DNA from: Microthyrium microscopicum
Lineage: Eukaryota
Assembly (NCBI GenBank): GCA_010405405.1
Contig: MU004238.1
Span: 755,530-819,529 of the forward strand
Length of the DNA stretch: 64,000 nucleotides
Direction of reading: 5' to 3'
In this document: piece after piece, positions 47,448 through 60,984 of the stretch
Numbering within the stretch: position 1 is the stretch's first letter
Layout: each line of letters starts with the position of its first letter
Notes under the pieces: generated by a model
Databases searched by the model: none
What the model was told of the DNA's origin: nothing
Seen by the model: only the letters and a program-made list of their open reading frames with translations
Translations under genes and position numbers: made by a program

Positions 47448-49103
47448 GGCATACATACACCGTAGAACTGGCATACAAACTTAACGCATTACGTTTGATA
47501 GCATCACGTTTATGATATCATAGACACACGCAAATTAGATTAAATGAACATTTTCAATGACATGAAGGGTATGAAGTGCTTTAGCCTTTGACATCAGGGA
47601 GATTCCAACGGAATGCTACGCCTCTGGTCTCCATTGAAAGTGGTGGCCTTCATTCGAGGCCGCTGTTGCCATCAAATGTATAGACTAGATCCATTGGTGC
47701 TATATGAGCCACTCGAGTCTTGGAAAAAGACACATCCTTAATATTGGAACAAAAAGAGATCGTGAGCCGATTCTCCTGCGCCTTGGTAGCGGTCAATGTA
47801 CACAGGCGTTAGTTACTGCAGTAGTAAGGCGCAGGTCGAGCTGTCACCGCTTGAGAACTGTATCAGTACTAGTTATTACTAGTAACAAGAACAGCTACAA
47901 TGCACAAGAAAGAGTAGCCAGCCACGTTGGCTAATCCGCTGTTCGGGGCATTGAAATACCCATACGAGCAGGAACACGTCGTTGTACTGTTGCGCTGTTC
48001 GTGGCACGAGTTACCACGGGTGTCATGGACTAATGCTGGCATAATGAGCCTTTTCCATCTAATTTATCTAATTCATCTGCTTCATCTGCTTCATCTACTT
48101 CGGAGAGATTAAACATAGCTGTATTTTGGACGAAATATGTTCAGACACAGTGTTGAGTGGATCGCCACAGAGGTTGACCGGCCTCATGAGCTGTTGGCGC
48201 GGAGGAGGCTGAAGCTATATGATCTGTCTTTGTGACGCCAAACCTACAGTATCTCCGCGAATAGGAAAGAGTTACAAGGCTAAGCCATGTAAAATTGATG
48301 GTAAAGGCGTCTCTTGCAGAGGGGATTGAGACCCTCAGGGTCTAATGTGGCAGTGGTTGCCTTGCTATTTCATCTGCCGCCTGGCGAGTCATCACCGGGT
48401 TGTGATATGGTTACCTACATAGGAATGGCGCCGTCCGGTGACTTTTGAGGTTATTTACGGCGAAGTACCTGCTAGAGACGCCAAAGATGAGTCGGGTCAT
48501 GAAGCTATCAGGTAGAGTAGACGAGAGAAGGATGAGGATGCTAATGCGCGCTGCACTCCTCAGTCCTAGAGTGACCATCCAGTTGCCTGAATGGATCTCG
48601 CCTAGCCACACCGCTCACCGGTTTGGTTACTTGTGGAGTACATGTAGAAGAGTGTGTAGACGTACAAAGATGCTGTTGAATCCTATAAGTCTCAGCTGAG
48701 TCCTTCTCCTTCTCCTTCTCTCTGCCTTGTTCACTGTTGAATTTCACGTTGATCCTCAATCGTTGCCGTCAACCCTCTTGTGCTTATATAGCGTGGATGA
48801 CCGCCTGTATTCAAAAGCTTACCTCTGACTTCTGCTCATTTCTGACACGCTACTGGACAAAGCGATTCAAATACGTCGGACTGTTGTTCGTGTGATCTCG
48901 GTTGGTGTTCACGATCCTCAAGGCTCAGCAGTCGTCGACGCCACTGCAACTCCTCAACCTTCCACTGCTCCTGCCTTTATAAGATTTGCCTATTGGGCTA
49001 CATCCGCCCCTCCATCACACAGTCATCTGTTGCCTATTTCATTCCCAATCATTTGCAATACTTCTTTCTGAATCTCCAATACCGGATTAACATACCGGAT
49101 TAA

Positions 49104-52100
49104 ATGAGCGGGCCTCCGCCCTTCGACTACACAACTATCATCAACCAACTCACAGCAACACCTCAAGTCCCGCCGAGCTCAACTCTTATAGTCACCCCCA
49201 CCACTTCGCCTTCTCCTACGCCCGAATCATCCCCCCGCAAATCCTCTCACTCATCCGCTATGAACGAAACGAAGATGGACGGAAATCGTACCCATACTGC
49301 CGTTGTTACCCAAGAGGTTGAAGTTCCAAAGCCAGACGAGGAGCAGGTGCTGCCCGGAGCTTCCTCCAGTCCTCCGACTGAAGCTGTGGCCACCCCGGCC
49401 GCCAGCGCGGCAACTCCCGAGCAGAAAGACAAGAAGAAGAGCAAAAAGTCCAAGAAGCAGAAGGCGAAATGCAAAAAGAGTCACAAGCACAAGAAATTAG
49501 TACCTGGAAAGCACGAGTCTGACGCCGATGACGATTCCGACTCTGATAGTGAAGACTCGGAATCCGAGCTAAGCGACGACTCCGACTCTAGTTCAGATTC
49601 AAGCGCAGACGAGAAGCACAAGAAGAAAAAGAAGAGTAAGGCCAAGAAGAAGAAGGAAAAGGCTAAGAAGAAGGCGAAAAAGGCAAAGAAGGCGAAGAAG
49701 GATGATTCCTCAGACTCGGACTCGGATTCCGATGCAGACTCTGAATCAGAAGATTCTTCGAAGCGCAAGCGACGGAAACGCCGTGCCCGCAAGGCCAAGG
49801 AGGAGAATCCAGAAGACTCTGAGAGTGGCGAAGAGCACAAGGCTGCAGATGGCGAGGCTGTCGCAGCAGACCAGAGTGCTCTGATGGCACAGATGCTCCA
49901 GGCCTTTCAACAAATGTCAGCAGGCACCGCCGCGGCTGCGAGCATACCTGATCCAGATCCAATAGCAGATACTCTGGCTCAACTTGCCAAGGCTAATGCT
50001 GCCAAAGCTGCTGCTGTTGCTTCTTCTGGCTCGAGACTTAGAAATAGACGTCTTCGTCTCAGTCGTCATGCGGAACCTCCAATTGATGACAAGCCAGCAG
50101 ATGGGAAGGCTGCATACAAGCGGGTTGATCAGATTTGGGATAGTAAGTCATCAACCTTCCTTTGACAAAATCATTCCAGCTCTTACTTTTAATAGCAAAC
50201 ATCCATGACTATCGACTCCAAGAAACTGCCAAAGAACAAGTTGATGCATTTGATGGCTATGTTTTCCATGTTCGTCGGCGATTTGATTGGGAAAACAAGT
50301 ACCGAAACACTCAAGTCGACATCAAGTCAAAGTTCCTGCGAGATGCTCTACAAGAAGTGATGAAGGATGTTCGCGCCGTTTCTCTCGTTGAAAACGAGCC
50401 ATCAGTACGTGACACTGGCTCCCTTTTCATTGATATTTATCTGACTCTTTCTAGGTTGATCCCAATATGCTCTTCTTGCATCTTGAAGAAATGCGAGCTT
50501 TCTACAAGAAGACGCTTAAGGAGCGAATCAAGAAGGCCAAGAAGAACAAGAAGAAGAAGAAGCTTCGCAAGCGAGCAGAAACCATGCGAGAGCACCTCAA
50601 GCTAATGGTTAGCTATCTTGATAAGGATTTTGAAGCTACCAAAAAGACGCTTGTTCCGATGCTCAAGGCCGGTAACATAACTTTTGAATACATTTGGGCT
50701 CTTTTCAAACCCAATAGTATTGCGTACACCACTACCTACGGCGCTTCAGAGCATCCTCGATGCTTCAAAGTCGATCAAGCTTATCGGGAGAAGACATTCA
50801 CCCGAGGCGAATTCTACGTCGTTGAAGGCCGATACCTGGAATACGATGGCAAGAACTTTGGATTGGGCGACTTTGAAGTCAGCATCGATGCGTTTAAAGG
50901 ACCAAAAAAGATAACATCTTTGGCTGTTTACCCGCTCGAATATCACAAAGACCCAACAGCCCTTCGTGAGCAATTGATTGAGCGCGGCAAAAAGTTTGTT
51001 TCCTTGGCGGGCATGAACTTCAAGTTCATGACTGGACTAGCTTTTCAGAAGAAAAAGCGGAATATCTTGAAGTTCAACATCAATGGTCGTGTGATGATTG
51101 ATCCCAAGACTTTCCGCCGTGAAAACGCAAACTACCAGGTTTCAACTGTTCGCAATGCCGATGACAAAGATGATGACTCGGATTCTGATTCTTGCAATTG
51201 CTCCGATGAGGAGGATAATGATCGCGACATGGGACTTTCCGACAATGAATCCGATGGTGGCAACAAGACAATAAAATACCGCCTAGTTCGCGATGAGAAC
51301 AACAAAACACAAATCGTCGAAGTCAATAGTGATGATGAAAACGAAGTCATTCATGAAGAACATCTCGATAAGCTACCAAACGGCGATACCGTCGACGCCC
51401 TCAGCAAGAAGCGCGAGTTTGATGAAGAAGAGCTGCTAATATCGTCATCCATCGTCCTTGGCTTCTCTTTCGTAGAAAAAAGCTGGTTCGAGTTCTCTGT
51501 TGCTGGTATTGGTGAAATTGTTTGGAACGACACCGCCTTCGATTCTCTTGTGCTTGATCCCAACCACAAGTCTATAGTCAAGGCTCAGGTGTGCAGCCAC
51601 AAGTTCCACTCTGGCGAGACCATCGACGATGTTATCCAAGGTAAAGGCAAAGGTCTTGTCTTTGTTCTTCACGGTCCGCCTGGTGTTGGCAAAACACTCA
51701 CTGCTGAAGGCATCGCTGAGTTCCTGCGCTGTCCGCTATATGCTGTGTCGGCTGGTGACTTGGGCACTGATGCACGCATAGAGCACGAGCTCAACAAGAT
51801 TATGGCTATTGCCCATTCCTGGGGTGCCGTGCTGCTGCTGGACGAGGCAGATGTGTTCCTGGAAAAGCGTCAGCATCAAGATGTACACCGCAATGCACTT
51901 GTGTCTGTGTTCTTGCGTCTACTCGAGTACTTTCAGGGTATCTTGTTCCTGACTACGAACCGTGTTGAGACTTTTGATGAGGCCTTCCAGAGTCGTATTC
52001 ATATTGCGCTCAAGTACAATGAGCTCGGCACAAAGGCCAAGAAAGAGATTTGGCGCATGTTCCTTGACAAGGTCACCGAATCTGGCAGTCAAGTGTCAGC

Positions 52101-52366
52101 ATTCAAAGAGTCTGACTATGATCGCTTGGCCAAGAGCAATCTCAATGGCCGACAGGTAAGTTAAACCACCTCTCCCAGTACCGATTGGATATACTAACAA
52201 TGTGTAGATCAAGAACATGGTCAAGACAGCCCAGGCTCTTGCAGTGTTTGAGAAGAACCCACTCAACATGGAGCACATTAGACGTGTGCTTGATGTGAGC
52301 GAGTCCTTTGAGCGCGACCTCAAGGGCGGCACTGGCTATGATGATGCCATGCGCAGCTACACCTAA
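49104..52366 (+). CDS. Fungal AAA+ ATPase with a Lys/Asp/Ser-rich N-terminus
   Basis: Walker A GPPGVGKT, Walker B LLLDEADVF, LFLTTNR, AFQSRIH, NGRQ|IKN; three introns. Confidence 0.9.
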
Positions 52367-53103
52367 GGACTCCACTCATCCTACTTTTCTAGCGGTCCCG
52401 TGCGTGTGTTCGTTTTGCACGTTAAGCATTGTGCTTGATACATGACTTGCCCGTCCTTGCTCCTCTCCCCTCTTCCTCGTGAGCGTCTGCACCAATTCTG
52501 CTGCTTATTTTTCACGGCTTCTCCATTTTCTCACGGCCGAATATGATTCTGCTTCTTCAGCTTTTGTTTTCTGCCCTGTCATATTTTGCGTACGACACGA
52601 GAATGATACCAATTTGTGGGTTTGGGCGCTAAATTGACTGGTGGCGTTTTGTGTCTACTTCTTCGGTGTGCATTGGAACTACTACATACATACACATTAG
52701 GCACGGGTAGGACCATTCATAGAATCGAATCTGATTATGTTAGAGCTGCTCGTTGCTGCGTGACAACTAAATTGTTGACTGTATCTGAGAGTGCAGTATG
52801 ATGGATCTCACGAATTCAAAAAGATATTTTGTAAACAAATCAAACATTAAGCTACATCAAGTTGCTAAGGTGCCCTATGCAATGCCTAACATGCATGCCC
52901 AAAGCCCAGACATATAATAATTACAAGTAGAGCAAAAAAAAAGGGGGTATCTAATAGAACACACGCTGAACATACAACAAAGCTCATCGAGCAACAGATT
53001 CAAAGTAACACATTAACCCGCCCTAAGGCCATCTTCGACTCTTTTGTTTTCGCACAAACCGATAATGATATTCCCCTTGCGCTCTCTGTTCTTCTTCTTC
53101 TGA

Positions 53104-56100
53104 TCACATCCCATGGCGTGTGACACCCCACACCGTCAACGCAATCAGCAGCGCAATCGTCTCAAGCATCATCAAATTCCACGCCCAGGCCTTGTATTTC
53201 TTCGGCATGCCTTCATGTGGATCTATGCCGTACGCACTGTTCAACAGACCCAACGAATAGAGCGCAAGGCAGAATGGAACAAGCGCACAGACACAAAGCC
53301 ATACTTGTGCCGCACGTCGATGGCGCAGTGAGCCCTGGCTTGATTTCTTGTCGAAACTGATAGGCGTATAAAGACCAGCTTCGAGGTGATCGTGTCGCTG
53401 CGCAGACATTCCACTATGGCCCAGAGAGGGCATGGCAGATGAATGATGGTAGTCGAACGGTACGAGCGGCTCTGATGAGGCGGCGGTAGACAATGGGCGG
53501 GCATGAGCTGGGGAAGGCGTTTCGAGGCGATGGAGGTATTGGTGGTGACGATAGAGATCGCGTGGGTGTAGAGTAGCTCTTGCTTGTTCCTGGGCGCGGG
53601 CGCGCTCAAGTTGAGGATCCAGAGGTGGCGAGAGCTTAGAGTGCGCCATTTCATCGTGGTTGTCGGCGAGAGACACATCAGCCATGTCAGCACCGATGAA
53701 CTGAGTCATGCGGTTGTTGTTGCTCGATTTGGGCACTCGCAGGCTGCTCGTACGTTTTGGCATCTCTAATTCTATGAGGTCGCGCTGGTTGGAGAAGTTA
53801 CGGGAGCTACGTTTATTGCCACGGCCTAGAAACATGGAGAGACGAGTGTGTCGTTTTTGGTCGGTGGAGCTGCGTTGTGAGCCAGAATCGATAGTATCGT
53901 TCGGTTCAGAGCTGAGGGTATTAGGGTCCACCATACCCGGGACTTGAAAAGCTGCATCTGGAGTGTCGGGAGAGGAGAGATAACCGTCATTGGTATGATT
54001 GAAATGCTCTGTGAATTGCCCAACATGACGTCGATGCATTGGCTTTGGGCCCTGGTCTGGGACGCCTTGAGACAACTCATCAGCGTCCGCTGGAGGGAAC
54101 ATAGGCTCTAAACGAGGGCTTAACGGGACAGCGTATGGAGAATCTCCAGAGGCCAGGTTCATTATCCACTCCTTAGTTTCTCGCCGATCTGGAAGGTTGC
54201 TTGAAGGATGTTGTTGTCCAAGGTTGTTCGCGTGATCGTGTTGGAACTCTGGGACAGTTGAATGAGGACTTGGCATCTCGGGTATGTCTTCATATGTCAC
54301 AGTTCGTGGCTTTGGTACCGAATAGAGCATTGGCCCTCTGTTCAAAGGAGGAATCATTGAATAGTCAGCCCATTCAGCCATGGATGAAGGTTGATTATGC
54401 AAATCGTTTGCGCTATTATTTGCTGTAGTTTGCCATTCCGACTCCATTCTTGAGTGCGCAATCGATGCATTGTTCTGATGGTAGTATGGGTTTGGTAAGG
54501 GTGTTGCAGATGTGTCGTATTCACTTGGGGTATAGTCTTGTACAGGGTCATTATCATTAAGGGCAGATCGCGGGTACTCGTATGCTACGCTGCTGCTGTC
54601 AGGATGGAGAAGATCCTGAGTCAATCCGTAATCGATCGTTGGACCCAAACTAGACACCTCAGCAGGAACGATGGATTTCAGAAACGGGTGATCAGGTAGT
54701 GGAGGTGGCGGACTTGCAGGTGGTCTGCCAGCAGATCGGTAAGTTACAGGTCCTGCAGATGCTGTAGAATAGCGGCCATAGGCATCGAAAATTTGACCAG
54801 GTGCATAACTGTCGCTTGGTTCTCCAACATCCGAATAATCTGTAATGCCTAAAGCTCGGCCAGCTGGGATATCGAGATTGACGTCAACAATGCTCTTGCT
54901 ATCCCAATTGTCCACGTAGTGTGATTCTCTAGGAATATTCCGCTCGGATTGTACTTGGAGATGATTCGGATCTTCGGATTTCGGTGGTAGCGCAGTTGTT
55001 CCGTTACGTTTGGTAGAAAAAACAGGCATTTTTGGCAAAGACAGTTTTGGGGCAAATATCGGTAATGGTAGCAGCTCTGGTGAGCTCACCTCGCTCCGCG
55101 TAGGTGATATGTTCTCAGACTGGAGAGAGTCGTGCCTGTTAAGCAGTTCGAAATCCCCGCCATACAAATGCAGCAGATCAGTTAGGCTTGCGATACCAGC
55201 TTCACCAGGAAGCTTGAAAGGAGGAGATGATGGTAAGTCATCAGAAGACTGGCTAAAGCGAAGCTTGGAGGTGTTGAGTTGCCCAAGCGCGGGCGGCGGC
55301 TGTGGGAATTGATACTTTTGGAGGGAAAATGGAGAGTTGGTAGAGTCGTTCGTAGTTGGTGTAAGTGATGGAGGCTCAGAGACCGTTGGAGAAATTATGC
55401 GAAGTGGTGCGTTTGGTTGTTGAGCGGGTCGGGGTAGTCGTTTGTGAGGCTTGAAATTCCTCTCTTTTGGCGGGCCGGCCGGGTCCTCACCAGGAACAAT
55501 AGGGGAAGGAATGTTCATCGAGTGATGTAGCAAAGATCCGGGAGTAGAAAAAGTGAAGGCTGGAGAAACGGAGGGTGGTTTGGCTCGTTTTGGCAGTAAT
55601 GGTGTTTGTGGTGATGGAGGCGGACTAGGGTCAAATTTTACATGCGAATCAGGAAGGACTGTGTGTTTAGAGGTATCGGCTGCGGGGTACTGGCCATAGG
55701 TATTTTGATTCCTGCGAGAACGAGATTGGGAGCGAGCGTTAAATGGCGAGTTTGAAGATCGGGAGCGAGTGGATGTGGAAGAAGTGTGGTGGTGGTGTTG
55801 GTGGTGGTGGTGAAGCTGTTGATGCTGGATCGCTCCTTCCCTCTTGATACCTGTCGAATCTGGCATACGTCCCGAGCCTCCGCGATTCGGACCGACATCA
55901 TAACGAATGAATTCGCCCTCATAGTCTTCATCGTCCGAGTCTGCAAGCCCAAATTCAGCATCCAGTGGAGTGGAAGGCGCTGTTGGAATTCCCGTGGTAC
56001 CATTATGGAGACTCAACACTGCTACTTTTCTCTTAATCTTGCGCGGGCCCGCATCCGATTGTGGGCTTGCCGTTGACAACTGTCGTCGGTACTCATGGAG

Positions 56101-56208
56101 ACTTAGTTGTCCGGGAGTGCGTGATCTAATAGAGCCGAGAGATCCCTGGGGAGTATGTACAGGTGTACTTGGTGATAGAGGTTGGTAAATTGGCGATCTC
56201 GCAGTCAT
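53104..56208 (-). CDS. Large Pro/Ser-rich hypothetical protein with two C-terminal transmembrane segments
   Basis: 1034-aa uninterrupted ORF, low complexity, hydrophobic segments VWLCVCALVPFCLALYSLG and LMMLETIALLIALTVWGV. Confidence 0.8.
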   Translation of the reverse strand: MTARSPIYQPLSPSTPVHTPQGSLGSIRSRTPGQLSLHEYRRQLSTASPQSDAGPRKIKRKVAVLSLHNGTTGIPTAPSTPLDAEFGLADSDDEDYEGEFIRYDVGPNRGGSGRMPDSTGIKREGAIQHQQLHHHHQHHHHTSSTSTRSRSSNSPFNARSQSRSRRNQNTYGQYPAADTSKHTVLPDSHVKFDPSPPPSPQTPLLPKRAKPPSVSPAFTFSTPGSLLHHSMNIPSPIVPGEDPAGPPKERNFKPHKRLPRPAQQPNAPLRIISPTVSEPPSLTPTTNDSTNSPFSLQKYQFPQPPPALGQLNTSKLRFSQSSDDLPSSPPFKLPGEAGIASLTDLLHLYGGDFELLNRHDSLQSENISPTRSEVSSPELLPLPIFAPKLSLPKMPVFSTKRNGTTALPPKSEDPNHLQVQSERNIPRESHYVDNWDSKSIVDVNLDIPAGRALGITDYSDVGEPSDSYAPGQIFDAYGRYSTASAGPVTYRSAGRPPASPPPPLPDHPFLKSIVPAEVSSLGPTIDYGLTQDLLHPDSSSVAYEYPRSALNDNDPVQDYTPSEYDTSATPLPNPYYHQNNASIAHSRMESEWQTTANNSANDLHNQPSSMAEWADYSMIPPLNRGPMLYSVPKPRTVTYEDIPEMPSPHSTVPEFQHDHANNLGQQHPSSNLPDRRETKEWIMNLASGDSPYAVPLSPRLEPMFPPADADELSQGVPDQGPKPMHRRHVGQFTEHFNHTNDGYLSSPDTPDAAFQVPGMVDPNTLSSEPNDTIDSGSQRSSTDQKRHTRLSMFLGRGNKRSSRNFSNQRDLIELEMPKRTSSLRVPKSSNNNRMTQFIGADMADVSLADNHDEMAHSKLSPPLDPQLERARAQEQARATLHPRDLYRHHQYLHRLETPSPAHARPLSTAASSEPLVPFDYHHSSAMPSLGHSGMSAQRHDHLEAGLYTPISFDKKSSQGSLRHRRAAQVWLCVCALVPFCLALYSLGLLNSAYGIDPHEGMPKKYKAWAWNLMMLETIALLIALTVWGVTRHGM

Positions 56209-57820
56209 CTTGCTATATGAGAGAATTTATTCTTTTCGGTCGTTGAAAGTTGTCGAAACAATCACACCAAGTATCTGTCAGCTGATGGGGATTTCCATTG
56301 GAATTGTCTACAGTGTCATTGTCAGTTGCGATGTTGATGATACACAACATGATACGAACCTGCAACCAAACGGGTCCACTCCCTCACCAAACCACTCGAG
56401 CAGATGAACTTGGAAATGATCATTCAAAAATGGCAGTTACAACGGTGGTTCCAACCGCAAGATCGGATGGTCAACGGGTATAGAGGCGGGAAACGGGTCT
56501 GCTATTACTTAAAAACGCCGAACGACGGGAGAGCGAGCAATGGCAACTCATAGACGCCACTCGAGACGGATTGATGGGAAGATATAAAGAGTACAAATAG
56601 GCGCGTCACGTTAAGAAAGAAAATACAATAATTCTCCTGTCTGGGAACATGGTGGACTATTGAATGAATTGGACCGGGAGATGCTATGGAGCCAGGATTG
56701 TACCTGGTGTTATTCAACCAGAAAATTGGTTGCGTGATGGAAAGCCATGTCTCTTATTCTTTTGCCCGTGTACCTCTGCCCAGTAGGCAGCATCAGACCT
56801 GGGCTATCGAGGTCAGCGTTCGCGATGACCGACCAGAACAAGTGGACATGATCGTCCGCCTTGCCTTGCTAAGCAAGTATTGCCTGTCTCTGCCATACTT
56901 GCTGCCGACTGGGCTGTCCATGGCCTTGGAAGGCCACTACCGAAGAGCAATGGTGGTCAAGTAGCAATATCGAGTGGTGAATCGTCCAAAGGGCAGCTCA
57001 CCGAAGGCGAAGGGAAGGCAGAAAGATGTGAAAGTGGACTGGGAGGAAGTTGCAGCAGCTGAGAGAATGACCAATCAAAAACGTGCTTGCCATTCGCGGT
57101 TCTGAGACCCCTGTCAAAAGCGGACGGGCTCGCCCGGCTTGGCGCATGCTTTGGGCGACATTCGCTGGGTCAGACCATCAAAGGAACCGAGCGCCGTCTC
57201 CATGTTCCAGGCTTGGTTGGGCGATTCCAACCAGTCGGAGTGGTTTACCACGAGGTGGATGTGCTCTCACGTACATCATCACTTGCACTTGTCTTTCCAC
57301 GGGATAAGCCTTGGTGATCCAACGTCCTTAACAATACGTTGTCGCCCATAAACATGATCACGAGCTCGAGTGAGGCTGAATAGCCTTGTGTTCCATGGTT
57401 GTTACTTGTATTCTCCATGCCCCAACGCGTTCATCAAAAGCTTTTTATATTGCATCAACGCGACGAAATACGCGAGGAGGCAAAGAGGCGACCTGATGTT
57501 GTCGCCTCATTCATTTCCCATGAGATATTGTTACTAAAACTAAGCCTTTTGCCTTTTTCAGCCAGACGTGGAGATTACTTCATGCGCGCCATCCAAGAAC
57601 AGATTTATATCTCCGACGCAATCATCAAGCCTATCGATTACGCTGGGAGTTGCGCAAATCTAGCGCAGCGCGATACACATCAATTTCAAAATCAAGGTAA
57701 CAACAACCGAATACCATGCTTCTCGCCACAAAGTGCTCAGCGCACAAGCGAGCCTGCTCAGCAGTCAAGATCGATATCATGAGCATCCAGTGGATATTCG
57801 ATGCAAAAAGGTGTGATAAT

Positions 57821-59538
57821 CTATGATAAAAATGGACCCGCTAATCCAGGAATACCCAATCTCATCTTGAAAAGCCTTTGAAACTCTTTGTCATCCTTCA
57901 TCATCGATCCGTCCAGCCCGCTGCTCTTCAACTGATTCCATTTCAGCCTAGCCTTCACTGCAAAAAGTGCATCTGCCCAGGCATATGTTATTCCGGCCAG
58001 TCCCTCAAACAAACTGTATGGGGTATCAGGAAGCCTATACTTTGCATTATCAGCAAAAGGCTTGGTATTTCGACACTCCATCAGCAAAGCCAACCCCCTC
58101 TCCAAGAACCAATCTCCACTCAATTCCCCATCTTTGACGAAAAAGTTCTTGTCTTCAGCATCACAAATATCAAGTTCCTCATGCGGGATGTATTGATATT
58201 CAAAAACGTCATGGAGCAATAAAAATGCCCATGCATTCCCTGCCAGCCCGTGGCATAAACTCCCGCCTTTTGACAAAATCCCCTCTTCCCAAACCTTATT
58301 GGACGCAAGACGAATTGCTTTAAGCCACAATGGTGTGTATGATTTGTTAACTTTGCCGTGTAGGGCTGCCACGGCTAAAAGATAAAGCAAGCCGGGTGCG
58401 CCATGGCAGAGTTGGACCAGAAAGTTTGATGAGGTCTCTGTCGGCCATGGTGGAGTCGCCATTGGCAGGTGACCATTGTGTTTGATGCCAATGCGGCAGA
58501 GAGTTGATACTGCGGATATGATGGCTTTGTCTTCTTCTTTCTTCGTGGTGCGGGCTGATAGTCCGTGGTAGGATGAGGCAAGAATCAACACGGAGAGATT
58601 TCCTGTCATGCCGTGGACTGCGCCTAGACCGTAGTACTCGTTTAGCCATGGCCACATTAGAGGCATTTTATCCTCTGAGTTGTGTTGTTTGATGAAGTCT
58701 TTGGCTCCCTGTGCGATATCAGCCTTAGTCGTCTTATCTTCTTGACAAGATGAAGATATTTGACTGTGTCGGCTCGGAAATAATGTATGGTCCGAATGAA
58801 AACAAGCCTACCTCGATTCCAGAATCAATGATGACCCCATAAATCTTTTCCACGCTCCCGATAGTAACGCTCTTCACCTCATCATTTGCTTTACTCCACG
58901 ATGCCAGCGACGTGCTATCTGAAGTGTTCACCGACACGATCTGGAGCAGCATCCACAAGAAGCCACACCTTCCAGCCAAAACTTCATCAACACCTTTATC
59001 ATGTGCCCGCCTCTGGCCCTCTTGTTGGACATGAACAATTCTCTCAGGCTTTAATGCGTGATCCACAACATCCTGCAAGGCGCGAGCATCATTGTCAAGC
59101 GATTTTCCTTGCATAAAGCGGACTAGTAGAGCAGAAATTGGCCCATCTACAATCGGCGAACTTCTTCCAGGTCGTAAAGCAAGAGGAAATTCAGGTACAT
59201 CTGCAAGCTTTGCTAGAAAAGAGTCAAGTTGCTGTGTGATTGCGTTGCTGGGCTCAGTATCCAAGAAAGGGGCTCGAGTTTTTAAAATGATATAGGTAAA
59301 CACAACCCCTATTTTATTAACACATGTACGCGCTATGCTAGGTCTTCTTACCAATCCAGCCTGTGAATAAATGGCCATAGTCACTTTGTGTTACAAGAAT
59401 GGGAAAGCTGGCCTCAATCTTTGTTAATCCTTCAGTGATGGACCCCGTCAGATCTGAGACTGCACGCTCGAGACCTTCAACCGTCACTGAACTAAGCTCA
59501 AGCTCGTTCGGATAATAACGGGGCAATGCATCTGCCAT
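57821..59538 (-). CDS. Lanthionine synthetase C-like protein (LanCL/GCR2 family)
   Basis: MADALPRYYPN start, DEVLAGRCG, GAVHG, QLCHGAPG, SLCHGLAGN, YSLFEGLAG; two introns. Confidence 0.9.
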
Positions 59539-60984
59539 CTTGAGTATTTTGTTCTTGATTCGTGTCAAATACAACTGTTGTAATCAAGTGAGGATCTCAT
59601 GTGCTGTTGTCTTGCAGCGGCGCAGGATTACCGATATCGCTACCAACCGGCTGGGTCTTCATCGTCTTCTATGAGGCTAGCTATGAGTTGGAAGCTTGAA
59701 GGTCATATTTCCGAGTCACAATATGGTCTACTAATTCAGGGAGTAAGGACAGCAAGAATAACCTCTTCAGTGCTTCCATCTCAGGCTCACTTTAATCACT
59801 ACCAATTTAGTCTAGAAGTAGATTTCCTAAGCATTATGATGCCGACTGAAGCGTTTGGTCGTTTTAAACCACAAGGATTCAGGGATTCCGATAAGACGAG
59901 AGAGTCAATGATCGTAGTTGGTTTGCACCTATCAGTGCCCTATAAGTTATGCAAATCACAAGGTATTTATGCTCCATATGCACTAGTCTGACCGGGCCGA
60001 TATGTTCAAATAGCATTAGCTGAGGCAAAGAGTCGAGTAATGATCAGCTTGAGGCCTTGTTTCGAAACTACCCGCCAAGAAAGATATCAACAGTTCTACG
60101 ATTTCATCACAGAGGCTCAAGTGACTGTCTTACATCTAGACTTCATTCAGAAGGTGAAGGATATTCTGATCCTACTGAGTGTTGGCATTTAATCAATTAT
60201 ATTACTTTATTGACGATCGTTCTTAGCAATCACAGATCTTCATTCCAGGTTGTTGGAAATCTTCCAGTTCACAGCTTTCAGATGATGCCCTCAAATAGTA
60301 CAGTATATAGTGGGACTAAATACGATAAGGCTGATCCCTACCATTCACTGCATTGTTTGAGAAAAGTTCAATAGGAAAATTAAAGGCCTAGTCTGTAACC
60401 ACGACATCGCATGAAGCTTTTGGACATATAGCAAGATTTAGTCAACATCCCAGATTCCCACGTTCCGTCCAAGTGGGCAGACCACGCATAAAGCATTCAT
60501 CCCAGGTCCGCTTAAGCACCAGACAAAGTCTAAACAGCCACCCGCTGCTGCAGGAACTTTTCTTATTGGGCACGATGCGTAATCCGTCGATCTTAACATG
60601 CAGGACCCCCGCAAAGATGTTGTTGTATGCCCCTGATTCAGTGGTGATTGTTGACTATGCCTGACAGTTTTGACAGCTCGGCACTTTTGAATTGGGGACA
60701 TTTCTTAGCGATGAGCTTTTTGTTCCCAGGTAGATACACATGGCACGATACACCCTACTAGTCGATCACATAGCGTTCCCCAGGCTTTGGCATGTATGCC
60801 TACTAATAGTCATGAAGATACTAGGAACCATGACTCGTTTAGTATATCCCGTCGAGTATGAAGATATCACACGTTTGCCTCCTTACCGGTTCTGTATACA
60901 AAGTGTTTCTACCCCATATTGCTTCCTTGGTAATGGTGATTATATATCTTGCGAAAATATAGTGGTTACTATTATCCATTCACG

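Noticed and set aside
48793..48845. C/D snoRNA-like motifs (TGGATGA...CTGA...CTGA) upstream of the AAA ATPase
   Set aside because: Too short, imperfect C box and no recognisable rRNA guide.
59599..59991. Cys/Ser-containing ORF next to the LanC-like gene as a lanthipeptide precursor
   Set aside because: No leader/core organisation, no adjacent dehydratase, and it overlaps the presumed promoter; the kinases are about 30 kb away.
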